64,000 nucleotides of DNA from Amphiscolops sp. MND2022. Taxonomy: Eukaryota. The notes under the pieces were generated by a model. The model was not told the DNA's origin. It saw only the letters and a program-made list of their open reading frames with translations, and made no database searches. The position numbers and the translations under genes were made by a program. This document shows, piece after piece, positions 9,601 through 21,260 of this stretch (position 1 is its first letter; every line of letters begins with the position of its first letter). The DNA lies in assembly GCA_964187785.1 (NCBI GenBank), contig OZ076409.1, positions 50,780,001 to 50,844,000 on the forward strand, read 5' to 3'.

Positions 9601-12398
9601 TAGCCTGACGCACGAAAGCTTGCGTCCGTCATTAGAACGTACTGTTTTCCTGCTATAGGCTGTCTTAGTGCGAGTCCACAAGCTTCCGCTAAACTGGCGT
9701 TGATTTCCTTAAAGTTATCGACAAGTTCTTCTGAAATTCTGATCTTGGAGTCTGCTTTAAGAAGTTCGTACATGCCGATGAGTTTTTCTGATAAGCGCGG
9801 TATGTAGTTGCGGTAATAGTTAAAAAAGCCAATGTATTTTTGAACTTGTTTTTTGGATTTGGGGAAGCGTACTTTGGAGAGGAAATTTTTGACTTTTTGA
9901 TCTTGCGGGGCTACTCCGTCGGGGGTGATGGTTCGGCCAAGGAATTCGATTTGGGTTACTCCAAAATGACATTTTTCGATGGTTAGTTTTAGTCCTGCTT
10001 TCCTAATGCATTTGAAGACTGCTCTGATGTTTTTTATGAGCTGTTCCGTTGTGTTTGCGGCAATGCCAATGTCATCTACGTATTGTGCACATTGATCGGC
10101 TTTGATGACTGAGTCCAGATACTCACGCATGAAGCTCGAAAAGGCTGATAGGGCTCTGCTTAGTCCTTGTGCCAGGCGACGGTAGGCGAACGTCCTACTA
10201 GCAAAATTAAAAGCAAGTAACTCTACTGACCTTTGGTCTGCCATTTGAAGGCAGTGATACGCCTGGGAGCAGTCAAGTTTGCAGAATAGTTTTTTCCCTG
10301 CTAGGTGTTGTGCCGCATCTGAGAGGGTGCTGACAGGGTGGTTGTTGTTGATGTAGTCATCTGCTATGAGTGCGTTGATTTTGCGCAGATCCACCAGTAG
10401 TCTCAGTTTGCCGTTGGGTTTCCGTTGTGCAAATATAGGACTGGCGTACTTGGAGAAGGGGAGTGTTGTGATGATGCCGTATTTGTGCATGAGGGCCAGC
10501 TCTACTGTCAGGTCTTCTTTGAGATTGATTGGGACTGGTAGGCTCTGGGTGTATACTGGTTTATCATCTTTTGGTGTGAGGCTGACTTTGAATTGTGTGT
10601 TCATTCCGATGTCGAGACGGTGGCGGGCAAATATGTCGTTAAATTCGACTAATGTGCTTTCAAGGCTTTCACGGTCTTTGCCCGTAATTAGTGAGTCAGT
10701 CCATTTGAATAACGAAAGAAATTTGTGTCGAGATTCAGCGTTTTCGGTTGGATCTAGTTTTTCTAGTTCGGCAAGTTCTCGTAGTTCTTTCAAAATTCGT
10801 TTTTGTATGGCGGTGTGTTCTTGTTCATTGCCAGGGTTGTCTGGGGTTGGGAACCAGAATTTTTCTTCAATGTCTTCGGGTTTGTCGACTTGCATAAGTG
10901 CGTTGATGTATGTGACTACATCGTCGTGCTCTGTTAGAAGGTTGAGTGCAGCGATGTCTACAGGCCGTATCAGTTTCGTTTCTTCGGGTTTCAGGATTTG
11001 CAGTTCTGCCATTTTGGTATTGGTGGCTATTGTGTATGGAAAATCCGTAGTGTTGGCGATTTTAATTGTTATCTTTTTGTCTCTGGCTGTGGTAATCGCT
11101 GGAGCTACTATTACCTTCGCGCATTCATCAAATTGTGGTAGGGGTTGTATAGTGCCCGTTATTGGGTGTTCAATACTCACAGGGATTGTTGCGTAGATGA
11201 CTCGGGTAGAGTGCGCTGGGATTGTATGCTTGGCTTCGGTCTTTATCGTGATGGGTTTGGGATTGCACTTTTGTCTTTCGTCTGTGAGCGCCATCGTGAT
11301 TTGGATCTTGGGAAAGTTGATGGTTCCCTGTTCCGTGTCAAGGATTGCGGCATGCTTACGTAGAAACGCTAATCCAATTATGGGGAATGACGTTTGATTC
11401 ATGATGATGAATGTTTCTTCAAAAGTGTAATCCCCTATTTTGAAGCGTAGAGTGTACGTGGCAAGTGGTTGTTCTAGTTCGGCATTGGCGTATTGCACTT
11501 TGAAAGGGGGTGGAGGTGCTTTGTTAACAATGCATTGACTCGCATTTTGGTGGAGTTTTTCAGCATCCCTTTCGCTAATAGCATTAATGTACGCACCTGA
11601 GTCGACTAAGGCTTCGATTTTGACAGTATTGAATTCGATTGGTAAGAAGAGCATTCTCTTTTTCTTCTTGAGGGCAATTGCAGACATTAACGGGATGTAG
11701 TCGTCTTCCTTGTCGTGCTGGATGAATTCTTTGATGACATCTAAATCTTCTGGTAGTGTTGGGTGACATTCCGTTATTTCTTCGTCTTCAGCGGCTATTG
11801 CTGTGGCTGGCGCGGTTTGTGGTGATGACGAGAGCGAAGCGGTGTTTTCTCGCTGTTCTCTTGCTTGTCGTGACCATATTGTTTTGTCTTCAATGCATAT
11901 GATGTTTTCGGCATCGATTGGTGTGGACGTGATGGTGACGGGTGCTGTTGGGGACGGTGTTGTTCTTTTCAGGATCGGTGACGGCGGTGATGGTAGGTTT
12001 GTGATCTTCGTAGCTTGAGCTTGAGGGTTTGAGACTTGGATTTTGAAGGATAGTTTATTTGTATCATAGATGGTTGGTTCATCCCAAGGGTCACATCTGT
12101 AGTCTCTGTCATATATATAAATTCGGTCTGTTTTTGATTCCGGCAACGGTCTTTTGAGTGTCGCATAGTTATCGGGCGATTCTGTTATCCACTGGGGTAG
12201 TGGCGTTGGATCTTCTGGGTGTCTGGCGTTATGCCTGAGTATCATGCCTACGTTCCAACGGCGTTGCCAGTCTTGAGTTGGTTCTTCATTACATTCGGTT
12301 AAAAAATCTTCTTCATACCTGTTTGGGGGGTGCTCTATCGTGTACGCCCTCGCGTCTACTTTTTCCCCAAATCGTAGGCGCGGCGACTTTAGTTTTTT
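6653..12398 (-). CDS. pol: pol polyprotein of element A (protease, dUTPase-like region, RT, RNase H, integrase), interrupted only by a MITE
   Basis: ALVDSGA (protease), YVDD (RT), LMTDAS (RNase H), HHCC + D,D(35)E + GPY (integrase). Frame is open from the slippery site at 12392..12398 and is restored across 8506..8952 by removing 448 nt. Confidence 0.95.
6920..7040. repeat. ~45-bp coding tandem repeat in integrase C-terminal tail
   Basis: Translates TTTENDVVKTTTKES / TVENDVVKTTTDEA / TTESDVAQTAT. Confidence 0.7.
8506..8952. mobile_element. MITE (447 bp) inserted in pol of element A
   Basis: TIR CATTACGAGGCCAAAGTGGGAAA / TTTCCCACTTTGGCCTCGTAATG; internal CAAGAATCGAGAAAA motifs in both orientations; splits the pol sequence ...ARIRN|EQDADP... 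Confidence 0.93.
12340..12398 (-). promoter_or_regulatory. -1 programmed ribosomal frameshift signal (A AAA AAC plus downstream stem)
   Basis: gag ends ...CCA AAA AAC TAA; the -1 frame is open into pol; downstream CGCGCCTAC...GTAGACGCG can pair. Confidence 0.8.
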
Positions 12399-13798
12399 GG
12401 CTGAGAGGACGTGGTAGGTACAGGTTGTTCACTGATTTTGTTGGTTGGGATGGTGAATTCTCGTTTCTTCTTTCTGGGGTCATTTACTGCGTTGGCTCCG
12501 TTCCAACAATTCTCAGTTTTGTGCATCTTGCCACATGTATCACACTTGGGTTTGGGTACTTCGTTTTGGGCTGGGTCTTTTGTGTTTGTTTTGGCGGTAT
12601 TGTAACGTTCTCGTTGAAGTTTGCGACACTGTGCCTTGTAGTGGCCATATTTGCCACAGTGAAAACAATGGCCTCGTTGTTGTTGGTCTTTTTTATGGTC
12701 CGTCACTACAGCGTCCACTGTGTTGAGTGGGACTAGGATTGTTTCATCGGGCGCACCTAGTCCGTTTAATCTCATTTCCCTCTCAAGATGTAAAACTATG
12801 TCATTGTAGGGTTTATCTTCCAAATATGCTCTGTTGAGGATCTTTTTGACGTGATCCGGCATTTTGGCGTAGATTGCTTTATCAATGAATTTTTGTGCTT
12901 CTGAGCCGAATGCTTCTTTTGCAGTTTTTTGCAGGGTGTCAAGGAACTCATGGAGTTTCTGTTTAGTGGGGTCAAAATGCAGGGCGTCCCACTCACATCT
13001 CGCTTTAGCGGATGATTGGAAATCACCAAAGCGGCGTTTAAATGCCGTTATGACTTCTTCTAGGTTGTCTTTTTTGGTGTCATCTAGATTACAATACGCT
13101 TGTAGTGCGTTTCCTCGTAGGAGTGAATGGAAGTAGTTGATCTTTTGTATCTCGGTTAGGTGAGGATACATTTTGATATTGTTTCGGAATAGGTCCTCAA
13201 AAAGTTCAAACTTTTCGGACTTACCATCGAAAACTGGGAGCGAAGCAGTGAGTGCTTTCGGAATCGGAAGTAGATTGGTTGATGGGAATGTCTGTGGTTG
13301 TGGTGCGAACAGTATCTTTGACGTGGATGGTCGGTCTTTTGGTTGTTCGCTGAGTATACGTTGTGCTTTTGGTCTTTTGGTGGGTTGGATAGTGGAATCA
13401 TTGAGGACTCCTGTCACCATGTTACGACTATTGTTCGGTGTTGTTTTAGAACTAGTCGCAGTTTGTGTCTTGACTGGGGTGGACGTTCTCGTTACGGAGA
13501 TGTTTTCTTGGTCAGAATCAGAATCTTGTATGTTCGAACTAACTGAGCGTTTCTTGCTCGTAGGTGCTATTAATTTGAGCATTTCCTTTTGATTTTCGGC
13601 TAATATCTTTGTTAGATCAGTCATTATCTCTTTCCTCAGAGTTGTTTTCATTTTCTCCAGGTTTTCAAGCTCAAGTCTAGGATTTTTACTAGAACTAGGT
13701 ATCAGGTTTTCAGTAGAGTTATTTTCAGTTAAAGAAGCTTCGAAATCTCCTGACACTAATTCAGCTACAGCTTTCCTCTTCTGGCTTCTGGTAGTCAT
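12389..13798 (-). CDS. gag: gag of element A (469 aa, two zinc knuckles)
   Basis: Intact ORF; LPVFDG capsid-like motif; CFHCGKYGHYKAQC and CDTCGKMHKTENC. Confidence 0.95.
   Translation of the reverse strand: MTTRSQKRKAVAELVSGDFEASLTENNSTENLIPSSSKNPRLELENLEKMKTTLRKEIMTDLTKILAENQKEMLKLIAPTSKKRSVSSNIQDSDSDQENISVTRTSTPVKTQTATSSKTTPNNSRNMVTGVLNDSTIQPTKRPKAQRILSEQPKDRPSTSKILFAPQPQTFPSTNLLPIPKALTASLPVFDGKSEKFELFEDLFRNNIKMYPHLTEIQKINYFHSLLRGNALQAYCNLDDTKKDNLEEVITAFKRRFGDFQSSAKARCEWDALHFDPTKQKLHEFLDTLQKTAKEAFGSEAQKFIDKAIYAKMPDHVKKILNRAYLEDKPYNDIVLHLEREMRLNGLGAPDETILVPLNTVDAVVTDHKKDQQQRGHCFHCGKYGHYKAQCRKLQRERYNTAKTNTKDPAQNEVPKPKCDTCGKMHKTENCWNGANAVNDPRKKKREFTIPTNKISEQPVPTTSSQPKN
13407..13419 (-). promoter_or_regulatory. 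Primer-binding site of element A (tRNA-Leu-like)
   Basis: Minus strand TGGTGACAGGAGT directly follows the LTR-terminal CA and is complementary to a tRNA 3' end ...ACTCCTGTCACCA. The tRNA identity is an inference. Confidence 0.8.
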
Positions 13799-15678
13799 TT
13801 TTTAATGTTAGAAAACGATTCTTCGGCAATAGGTGAATTCTTCGAAGATGATTTTGTTCAACGTTGAAACAACGAAACAGTTTAAGTTTATTACAACTTG
13901 CAAACACAACTAACTAACTTTACATGCCTCGTCTGACTATATATACCTTCTTAGCGTCATTTGTTCCTCATCTAAAAATTCCTAGGAATCGCAAAAATCG
14001 GGTTTGTTCATAAAAAACCTCTAATGATTCAGATTATTTCAACTCGGCGTCATAAATTCAGGTATTGAGATTCCTTGTTGCGTCACTATTCCGTAAAACC
14101 TTGTTGAAATCATTTTTGTTCAGGTAACCCTTTTCCTGTTTGAACTTCAAAATTGCGGCAAAATAGAAGTCTAGCTTACATTTTCATCAGCGTAGGCACG
14201 CCGGCGTGATCAATTAGTCAGCGTTCAAGTTGGGAAATTGAGATTCGAAGCAAAAGAATGACTCGCAAAAATTGTAGCGAAATTGAAACGAGGTAAAAGG
14301 AATTTTGGACTAAGGATATTTGAATATTATTGAGGAACAAGCAACGCTAAGAAAAAACATAATGATGATTAATCGGTTAATTTTGTAAACTGAACAACTG
14401 CACCAACAGTGAACTCAACTTTGACCTATACGTGGCCACAACGTAACAAGTACAAATTGCAAAGTACAAATAGATAGGAAAAATACATTTGCAGGCAATA
14501 ATTATTCTGCACTCGATTGAACTTCGTATATGAATAAATAGAGCAGGCATCCCGCAACAATAGCACTTGGTTTGGGTTTCGACGTTGACCTTACGTTACG
14601 TTCTGTGAAACATTTTAATGATAAACAACTAATCACTGAATACATAAAGCTCTTAATGTAACGTAAGGTATACGTGATTCGAGAAACTGTTGTAATAGCA
14701 TCGTTACTCTTCGATCATATTTTTAGCTCCTTTTTACAGTACAACCTTTTACATGTGGACTTGTTTCCAGAACCCTTTAAGTGCGTCGATTCAGAAAAAT
14801 CCTTATTTGATTTCGGTTTAAACTAATGCTTCATTGCTATTATTTTACGAATTGTTCCGTACGTATTAAGATTGGTTATAGCTGAGCGGCGGAATACAAT
14901 TTTACAATCCGCTCCGTAGCTGCCCCGTACGTATTAAGATTGCTCATAGCTTAGCTGTCGGACCAAGCGGAGAGAAAGCGGAGTGCGTAGGTGAATCCAT
15001 TCTCTTTCTCTTATTCCAATTGGTGTTGCTAGGGGCAACCGAAATTAATTCTATTCGACTTAGCTAAGAATAGTTCTATCAATAGAGTGACGTTATTGGT
15101 CCGTAGAAGCAAAATTCCTAATATTAGCTCAGTAGATTGACGTTGCCATAGCGTTGTAAATATTTGCCTAAATCACTTGGCTGTGCTTTAAGTGAATATT
15201 GACAACCACTTCATCTCTGGAAAACAATTCCGCTCTATTATTTGCCTGTTCTTTTTCATTTTAGATTGTATGAATTCCGTTGGGATCTCGGAATTGAATT
15301 TTATTTTAATGTTTTCATTTTAGTGTGGACCAGTGGAAAGAATGATCCCAATTATAAAAGTTCATTTTAGTGTTTAGATTAGTATGGGAGAAAATCAGAA
15401 AATCATACCGGAAATGAAAAATCTTATCACGCGCGGAGAATATTTAACCGGAAGTTTTAGCTAAAAATCATTTCTGAAAAACGTTCCGTAACGTTTACGT
15501 TAGGTTTTGTATTCGGAAAATTATCTGCAATCGATTTAGCTGTACTGTAAGTAGAATTTAGATTAGTTTAAAATTAGATTAGTTTAATAGAGTTTACCTC
15601 GGCCTTGTCTTCGGCCAATTTCGTAACCAGGTATCCCACTGCAGCAGCTATAATCCCGACCGGGAGCGGGTCGTGACA
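13420..15678 (-). repeat. 5' LTR of element A (2259 bp)
   Basis: TG...CA with 8-bp inverted termini (TGTTACGA/TGTCACGA); PBS abuts 13420; repeated at the window start. Confidence 0.88.
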
Positions 15679-18600
15679 GGGTGTTTCTTCTTCTGGTAGA
15701 AAATCTGCGGGCTTCTGGATTTTTTTCCGGCTGCGGCGTTCCTTTTGGTTGGGTCCACAGGTTTCCTGTAACAAACACAATTTCTTTTTCAACATTTTTA
15801 TATCTAACCCCAAAAGTTTCCAGTGTATGGTATGGTACCGTATCTATTCGGTTTTTTGCTACCTCGTGTGGACCGTCTTATATTTGTTTCTATATTCTCA
15901 CCCGATATCTCGCCGTCGGTATGTAGCTGTAGCGCATCTTCTCTGGGTTAGTCCGGATTGGTATGTATCGCCCGTCTCGTTCTGAGGTATCGTATACCTT
16001 CGGTGTCGGTGTCCCGATTTCTTCCGGCATCTCTTCGTCTTCATCATAGTCGTCTTCTTCTTCTGTATCACTTGTTGTTTGTTTTCGGCTTTTGACGAGC
16101 TTCAATTTTCCGTTCAATATATCCCGGAGTATTTCGTCCCATCTGCCGTATTTGCCATCGAGGCATCAGAGACAATGTCTGTTCTTTGGATTTATTTCAC
16201 CGTTGGCATTTATTGTTGACTCTCTTCGTTTTTCTTTTCGGCCCGAAATAGTGGTCCCGAAATGAATTTTTGGTTGATACCTTATTCGGTATCCGTTTAT
16301 ACGGTGTTTTCGTTTCCGCTTATTGCGGTTTGTATTTTATTTTGAAATCTCCCATCTAAGGATTTTTTGTTATGATTTTTTTCAACTAATGAGAAAGGGT
16401 ATCTAACCGAATTTTTCTTCTTCGGTGACTTCGCATTTTCTCCCGATTGTTTTTCTTCGGTCTTCGTCTTTGCCATTACGATGTGGTTGGCTATTTCACC
16501 TTCCGCATCACGGCCCAAATAGATCGGGATTTTCGATCTGTCCGGAACTGAAATAGTCATTTCCGACCAGTTAGATAGATATGTTTTTCCGTCTTTAACG
16601 ATATTCGTTAATTCGGTTCTCGGCTTTCTTCCGTGATGTAATTCGAACGGTGTTGTTTTTAATCCCGTATGTATTGTAAAACGCATTACTCGTAGTGGCC
16701 GGTTTACACTTTCGGTTAGACAGAGTCCGTCTTCCATGTTTGCTATTATTAAGTTTTTGATTGTTTGTATTCTCTCTCAACTACTCCGTTTCCGATATGC
16801 ATTCGGGGTGTAGAGTATTCTATTTCTTTATTTCGGCTTTTGCGAAATTGCCGGTGTTCTCTCGAAATGAATGCTCCCCTTTGTCTGATTTTATCTTTTC
16901 CGGTATTCCGTACAGGTTAAAGTTGCTAGATAGGAAGTTTATTACTGCCTTTGTTTCCGAAGTTTTACAAGTTTTCGCTGTCGGCCATTTGCTAAATCTA
17001 TTTGCGATCAAAATTTGTGTTTCTCCGTTTAGTTTTTAGTTGTTTTATTTTCCGGTAAAATCGATTTGTAATTCTTGTCCGGGATCGGACAATTTCTCTA
17101 GTTTTCCATAATGTTTTTTCGGTAATTGATAGTTAAGGTTTTTATCTGATGCTAAGCATGCTGTACAGTCCTTGACTTTCGTTTCGAGGTCCTGTTTTTT
17201 GTTCGGCCACGAGAAAATTCTGACTTCGGTTGTCATTTTAGTGATGCCGGAGTGACCGAAATGAAGGATATCGAGTAATCGTATTCTGAGGTCGATTGGT
17301 ATGACGATTTGGTCGTCGACGAATATCAGGCCCCATCTGATAGAAAGTTTGTCGAAGACCGTCCAGTAGCCGTACGGGATGGTTTCTCTATCCTCTCGGC
17401 GCATGCTGTTTCTCACTCGGGTCAGCTCCGGATCGATTGCCGTTTTTGATATCAGCGTCTTCAGATCGAGCATAAATTCGAATTCGGCTTTTTTGATGTA
17501 GTCTTCATTGGCTTTCGTGTTGTCGGTAAGCTTTCCAACGTTGTGGTTTATCAGTATGTACTTGGCTTTCTTACCTTCCGTATTGTATTTGGATAAATCC
17601 ACGATTGGTAGATTGTCGCCTCGCATAATTACACTATCTTCTTCTGTCTCGTTGTTCTCGAGTTCTCCTTCTTCCCGTACTTCATCCGGTTGCTCTTCCT
17701 GCTCTTCAATTAGTGGTTGATAGCTGCATCCGAGTCTGTTTGCCCTCCGGATTAATTCGGCATCGATTTCGGCAATCTCTTCTCTACTGCGCTTGTTCGG
17801 TCGGGACGGAGCAAAAACCGTACGTTGTGTTTGGTGGTCATACCGGCGTCTCAGTGTGCCGGGCTGGGATAATGCATTTCGTTGTTCGACGAGTTTTCTT
17901 GTCTCTGGACTATTGTTCCTTCTTCGGATGATATCCATGATTTCTCGGGTAGCTCCCCAGCGATAAAAGTTTTCACGGTCCATGTTGTCAAAATTTTCGA
18001 GGTTTTATGTTTGACTATCTGTCAGAGTGCTAATATCGGACTGCCCGGATGTTGTTTTCTTGTTCTGTTCGGTTTCGTTCACGTGGCTTTTGTTCTCGAA
18101 TGTTCTATTTGATTGTGATTGGTCAGTTTTATGTTCAGTTTTGTGTTCGGAGTTCTTCTTTGTTCTCTCGGTGATGCATTTGCTGCGTTTTGATTGGTCC
18201 GCGAATAGTTGTCCGTATTTCAAATTCAATTCAGCTTGTTCGGTATGTATGTTAGTTACGTATTCATCATCGTAATTTTCTTCCGGTGTTGCTCCCTCTA
18301 CCAGATTTCTGCTGAGATAATTGGTAAATTTCAAATTGATGCCGGCTATATGCTGTATTGATATGTCGAAGTGTGTTAGACGGTCTACCTATCTTGTTAA
18401 TCTTGCACTATTATGTTTGTTGCTCCGGTTTCTTTTGATCAATGGTTCTAGTGCTTGATGGTCTATATAAACGAACCTTTTTTCCGTAAAGATAGAATCT
18501 GAATTTCTCTAATCCCCACACAACTGCTAGCATTTCTAGTTCACCGATGGAATATTTCTTTTCGGTATCATTCAAATATCTACTCCCGTAAGCTATTGGT

Positions 18601-21020
18601 TTTGTATTTCCGTTATCTTGTTTTTGCCAAATTGTTATTCCCAGTCCGGTAGTGCTGGCATTGGTTGTTCTTATACTATCTTTGTCTTTTGCGTAATGTG
18701 CTAAACACGGGCCTTCGGTTAGCATCTGTTTTATTTTTCCGAAGTCTTCATCTTGTTCGGTTCCCCAGTTCCATGTTTCGATCTTTTTCAGGAGTTTCCG
18801 TAATCGGTCTGTTCTTTCCGAAATCTTCGGTAGGAATTTTGTCATATATTGTTTTGCTCCAAGAAAAGATTTTTGTTCTTTGGTATTCTCCGGTGGGTTC
18901 AATTTTAGTATGGCTTCAACTTTTTCTTCCTTCGGTTTTTTTCCGTTTTTGTCGATCTCGTGTCCCAGCCACTTCCCGTTTCATGAAGAATTCGGATTTT
19001 TTCTTGCTAGCTCGAAAACCGGCTTTTTCTAATTTGTTCAAGACGTCGAATAGTTTTTTTCGTGGTCTTGTTTGTTTCCGCGTGTTACTATTATTACGTC
19101 GTCTAACCACGCTGGTGTACAACACCCGAGTGTTCGGTCGATTTTTTCTTTGAATATTGTGGGTATATCGGCAAGTCCGTAAAACCCTTTTTTGAATCTG
19201 TAATAACCACTGAATTTTCCTCCGTTTAATGCGAATAAGCATTGTCGGCTAGTTTCTTCGGATAGTTTCATTTGCCCGTAGGCATAATCCAGGTCTATTT
19301 GGGACATGAATAATTGCATTTTCCGGTCTCGTGTTATCTCTACCGAAATTTGGTTTAGTAGTTCCTCCATATTTGGCATAAGTGGTCTCATTTTGATGCA
19401 ACTATCATTTAGCTTTTGGGAGTCTAGTGCTATTTTTACTCATTTGTCGCTTTTTACTGTAATTACTATCGGTGATACGAAACAGTCTTCGTCAACGTCT
19501 TTTATTTTCTCCAAGTATCCGGATTTGATTATTTTTTCTAATTCTCTTCCTACGTCTTCTTGAAGGTGTAATGGTACTGATCGAGCTTTTTATTTTACCG
19601 GGAAGTGTCCGAGTTTCAATTGTATTTTTGTTTCGGTATCTTTTTTTGTCTCGTTGTTTTCAATCAAGTCCGGAAGTTTGTTTATAATTCTCTCTTTTTC
19701 TGATTGGTTGTTCTCAGCCAATTGTATTCTTCGGATTGTTAGTTTGAATGTTTTCATCCAGTCCATTCCGAGCAATGGTGCTTTGTCTGTTCTCTCGGTT
19801 AATAGGATTTCCAATTTCCATCTGTTTATTGTTTTCATATTCAATGTTTACCGGAATTTTAGAGCGGAATTTCACTTCGTTTTTGTTTACGTCTTTGTAC
19901 CGAATGTAATTTTTTGAATTTCGGCATGTTTTATTATTCTTTCGTCGGGTGGCATTATCGTTATTGGTGATACCGTGTCGATAATGAATTCTTTTTTCAC
20001 TCCCTTTTTTTGATTGTTGCCGTGTAGTGTTTGTTCTTTTCTTCGATTGTTTTATCTCTTTGATTTGATGTATGCTTTCTTCTGACTCGCTAGTAGATTC
20101 GTTCTGCTGTTGAGCTTCGTCTTCGGTTAGTCTTTTCACTGTTCGGTTGTTATATGTTCTTTGTCTGCATGCTTTTGCAAAGTGGCCTTTCTTTCCGCAT
20201 TTGTTGCAGTTTGCTTCTAATGCCGGGCATTTGTGTATCAGTGACCGGTTTGGTGCGCTGCAAAATCTGCATTGTCGGTTTCCGAATTGTTTATTCTTCG
20301 GTTTTGTTCCGAATCTTTCCATTCTTTGTATCGGTTCTTCCTTTATCATTTGTTTCTCTTTTGATGAAATCAGTGCTTCTGGGATTGTGTTCTTTTTATT
20401 TTTCTTTTCGTGTGTGTTTGGCTTTATCAGTTCGATTATTTTCTTCAGTTCCAGTGTTTTCTCTTTCATTATTTTGTCCCGTAGTTTCTTGTCGGTTATT
20501 GCGGTCATGTATTTGGAGATTAGCAGTTCTTCGGCCGATATAGAGCCGAAGTTGCATTCTTTTTCAATTTCGAATAATCTTCTCCGAAAATCCTCCGGTG
20601 TTTCTTCTTCTGACTGTTTCGCCCAAAAGAAATCTCCTCGATTGTGGTAAGTGTTTCGTTTTGGTAAGTAGTATTCGGTATATAACCGGATTAAAGCTTT
20701 GATTTTTATGCTGTCCGGGTCTGTCTTGTACTCCGCTCGAGTTATTTGGAAAAGTGCTTCCGGTCCCACTCCCCAGATAAAATCTTCTTGTATTGCTTGT
20801 TCTTTTGCGCCCCAACCGGAATCGGTTATGTCTTCACCTTTTAGTAAGGGTGTGATGTCTATCTTGTGTTCCCGTTTTGTGAATTGTTTGAATCTTTCTA
20901 GCCATTGTCTCGGTGTGAATACCGGATTTCCGTCTGTGGCTTTGGTTTCGAGGTTCGGTACTATATTCCTTTCTGCGATGGTTTCCGTTTATTGATAAGA
21001 ATCCGGTTTATTTAAAAATT

Positions 21021-21034
21021 TGCTGACTGCGCCA
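21021..21034 (-). promoter_or_regulatory. PBS of element B (tRNA-Ser-like)
   Basis: Plus strand TGCTGACTGCGCCA resembles the 3' end of invertebrate tRNA-Ser and abuts the LTR. Confidence 0.75.
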
Positions 21035-21260
21035 TGTTCTATTCTAACAAACTTGGGTTTAAGAAAAGAAAGGTTTCTAAAAGTAATCTCTTTTGTATGG
21101 TCTAGAATGTAGATATCCAAATTGTATAAATGAAATATCTAATTTAGTTTTGTTGTAACTTTTATTTGTCAACACTGGTTGGTATTCTAGACATATAAAC
21201 TAAAGTTCTTTAAGCCGAAACTCGGCAAGGTCATGAACCGGAATGAACCCGAATATGACA
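21035..21260 (-). repeat. 5' LTR of element B (226 bp)
   Basis: Inverted termini TGTTCTATTC...GAATATGACA; adjacent PBS; the partner LTR is not in the window. Confidence 0.7.

Larger units (their letters stand above)
1..15678 (-). mobile_element. Element A: Ty3/Gypsy LTR retrotransposon, young and nearly intact, with 3' accessory cassette; left LTR truncated by window edge
   Basis: Direct repeat 1..1299 = 14379..15678; gag and pol on the minus strand with domain order PR-RT-RH-IN; PBS at 13407..13419; LTR termini TGTTACGA...TCGTGACA. Confidence 0.95.
15679..21260 (-). mobile_element. Element B: decayed Ty3/Gypsy (Mag-like) retrotransposon, 3' end apparently interrupted by element A
   Basis: Frameshifted fragments of gag (CNKCGKKGHFAKAC), protease (IIDTVS), RT (WLDD), RNase H (YSIGELEMLAVVW) and integrase (LHFGHSG...CTAC); LTR and PBS at the right end. 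Confidence 0.92.

Noticed and set aside
9004..13592. Plus-strand ORFs opposite pol/gag (e.g. 10366..11196)
   Set aside because: Antisense shadows of the real coding frame with no recognisable motifs.
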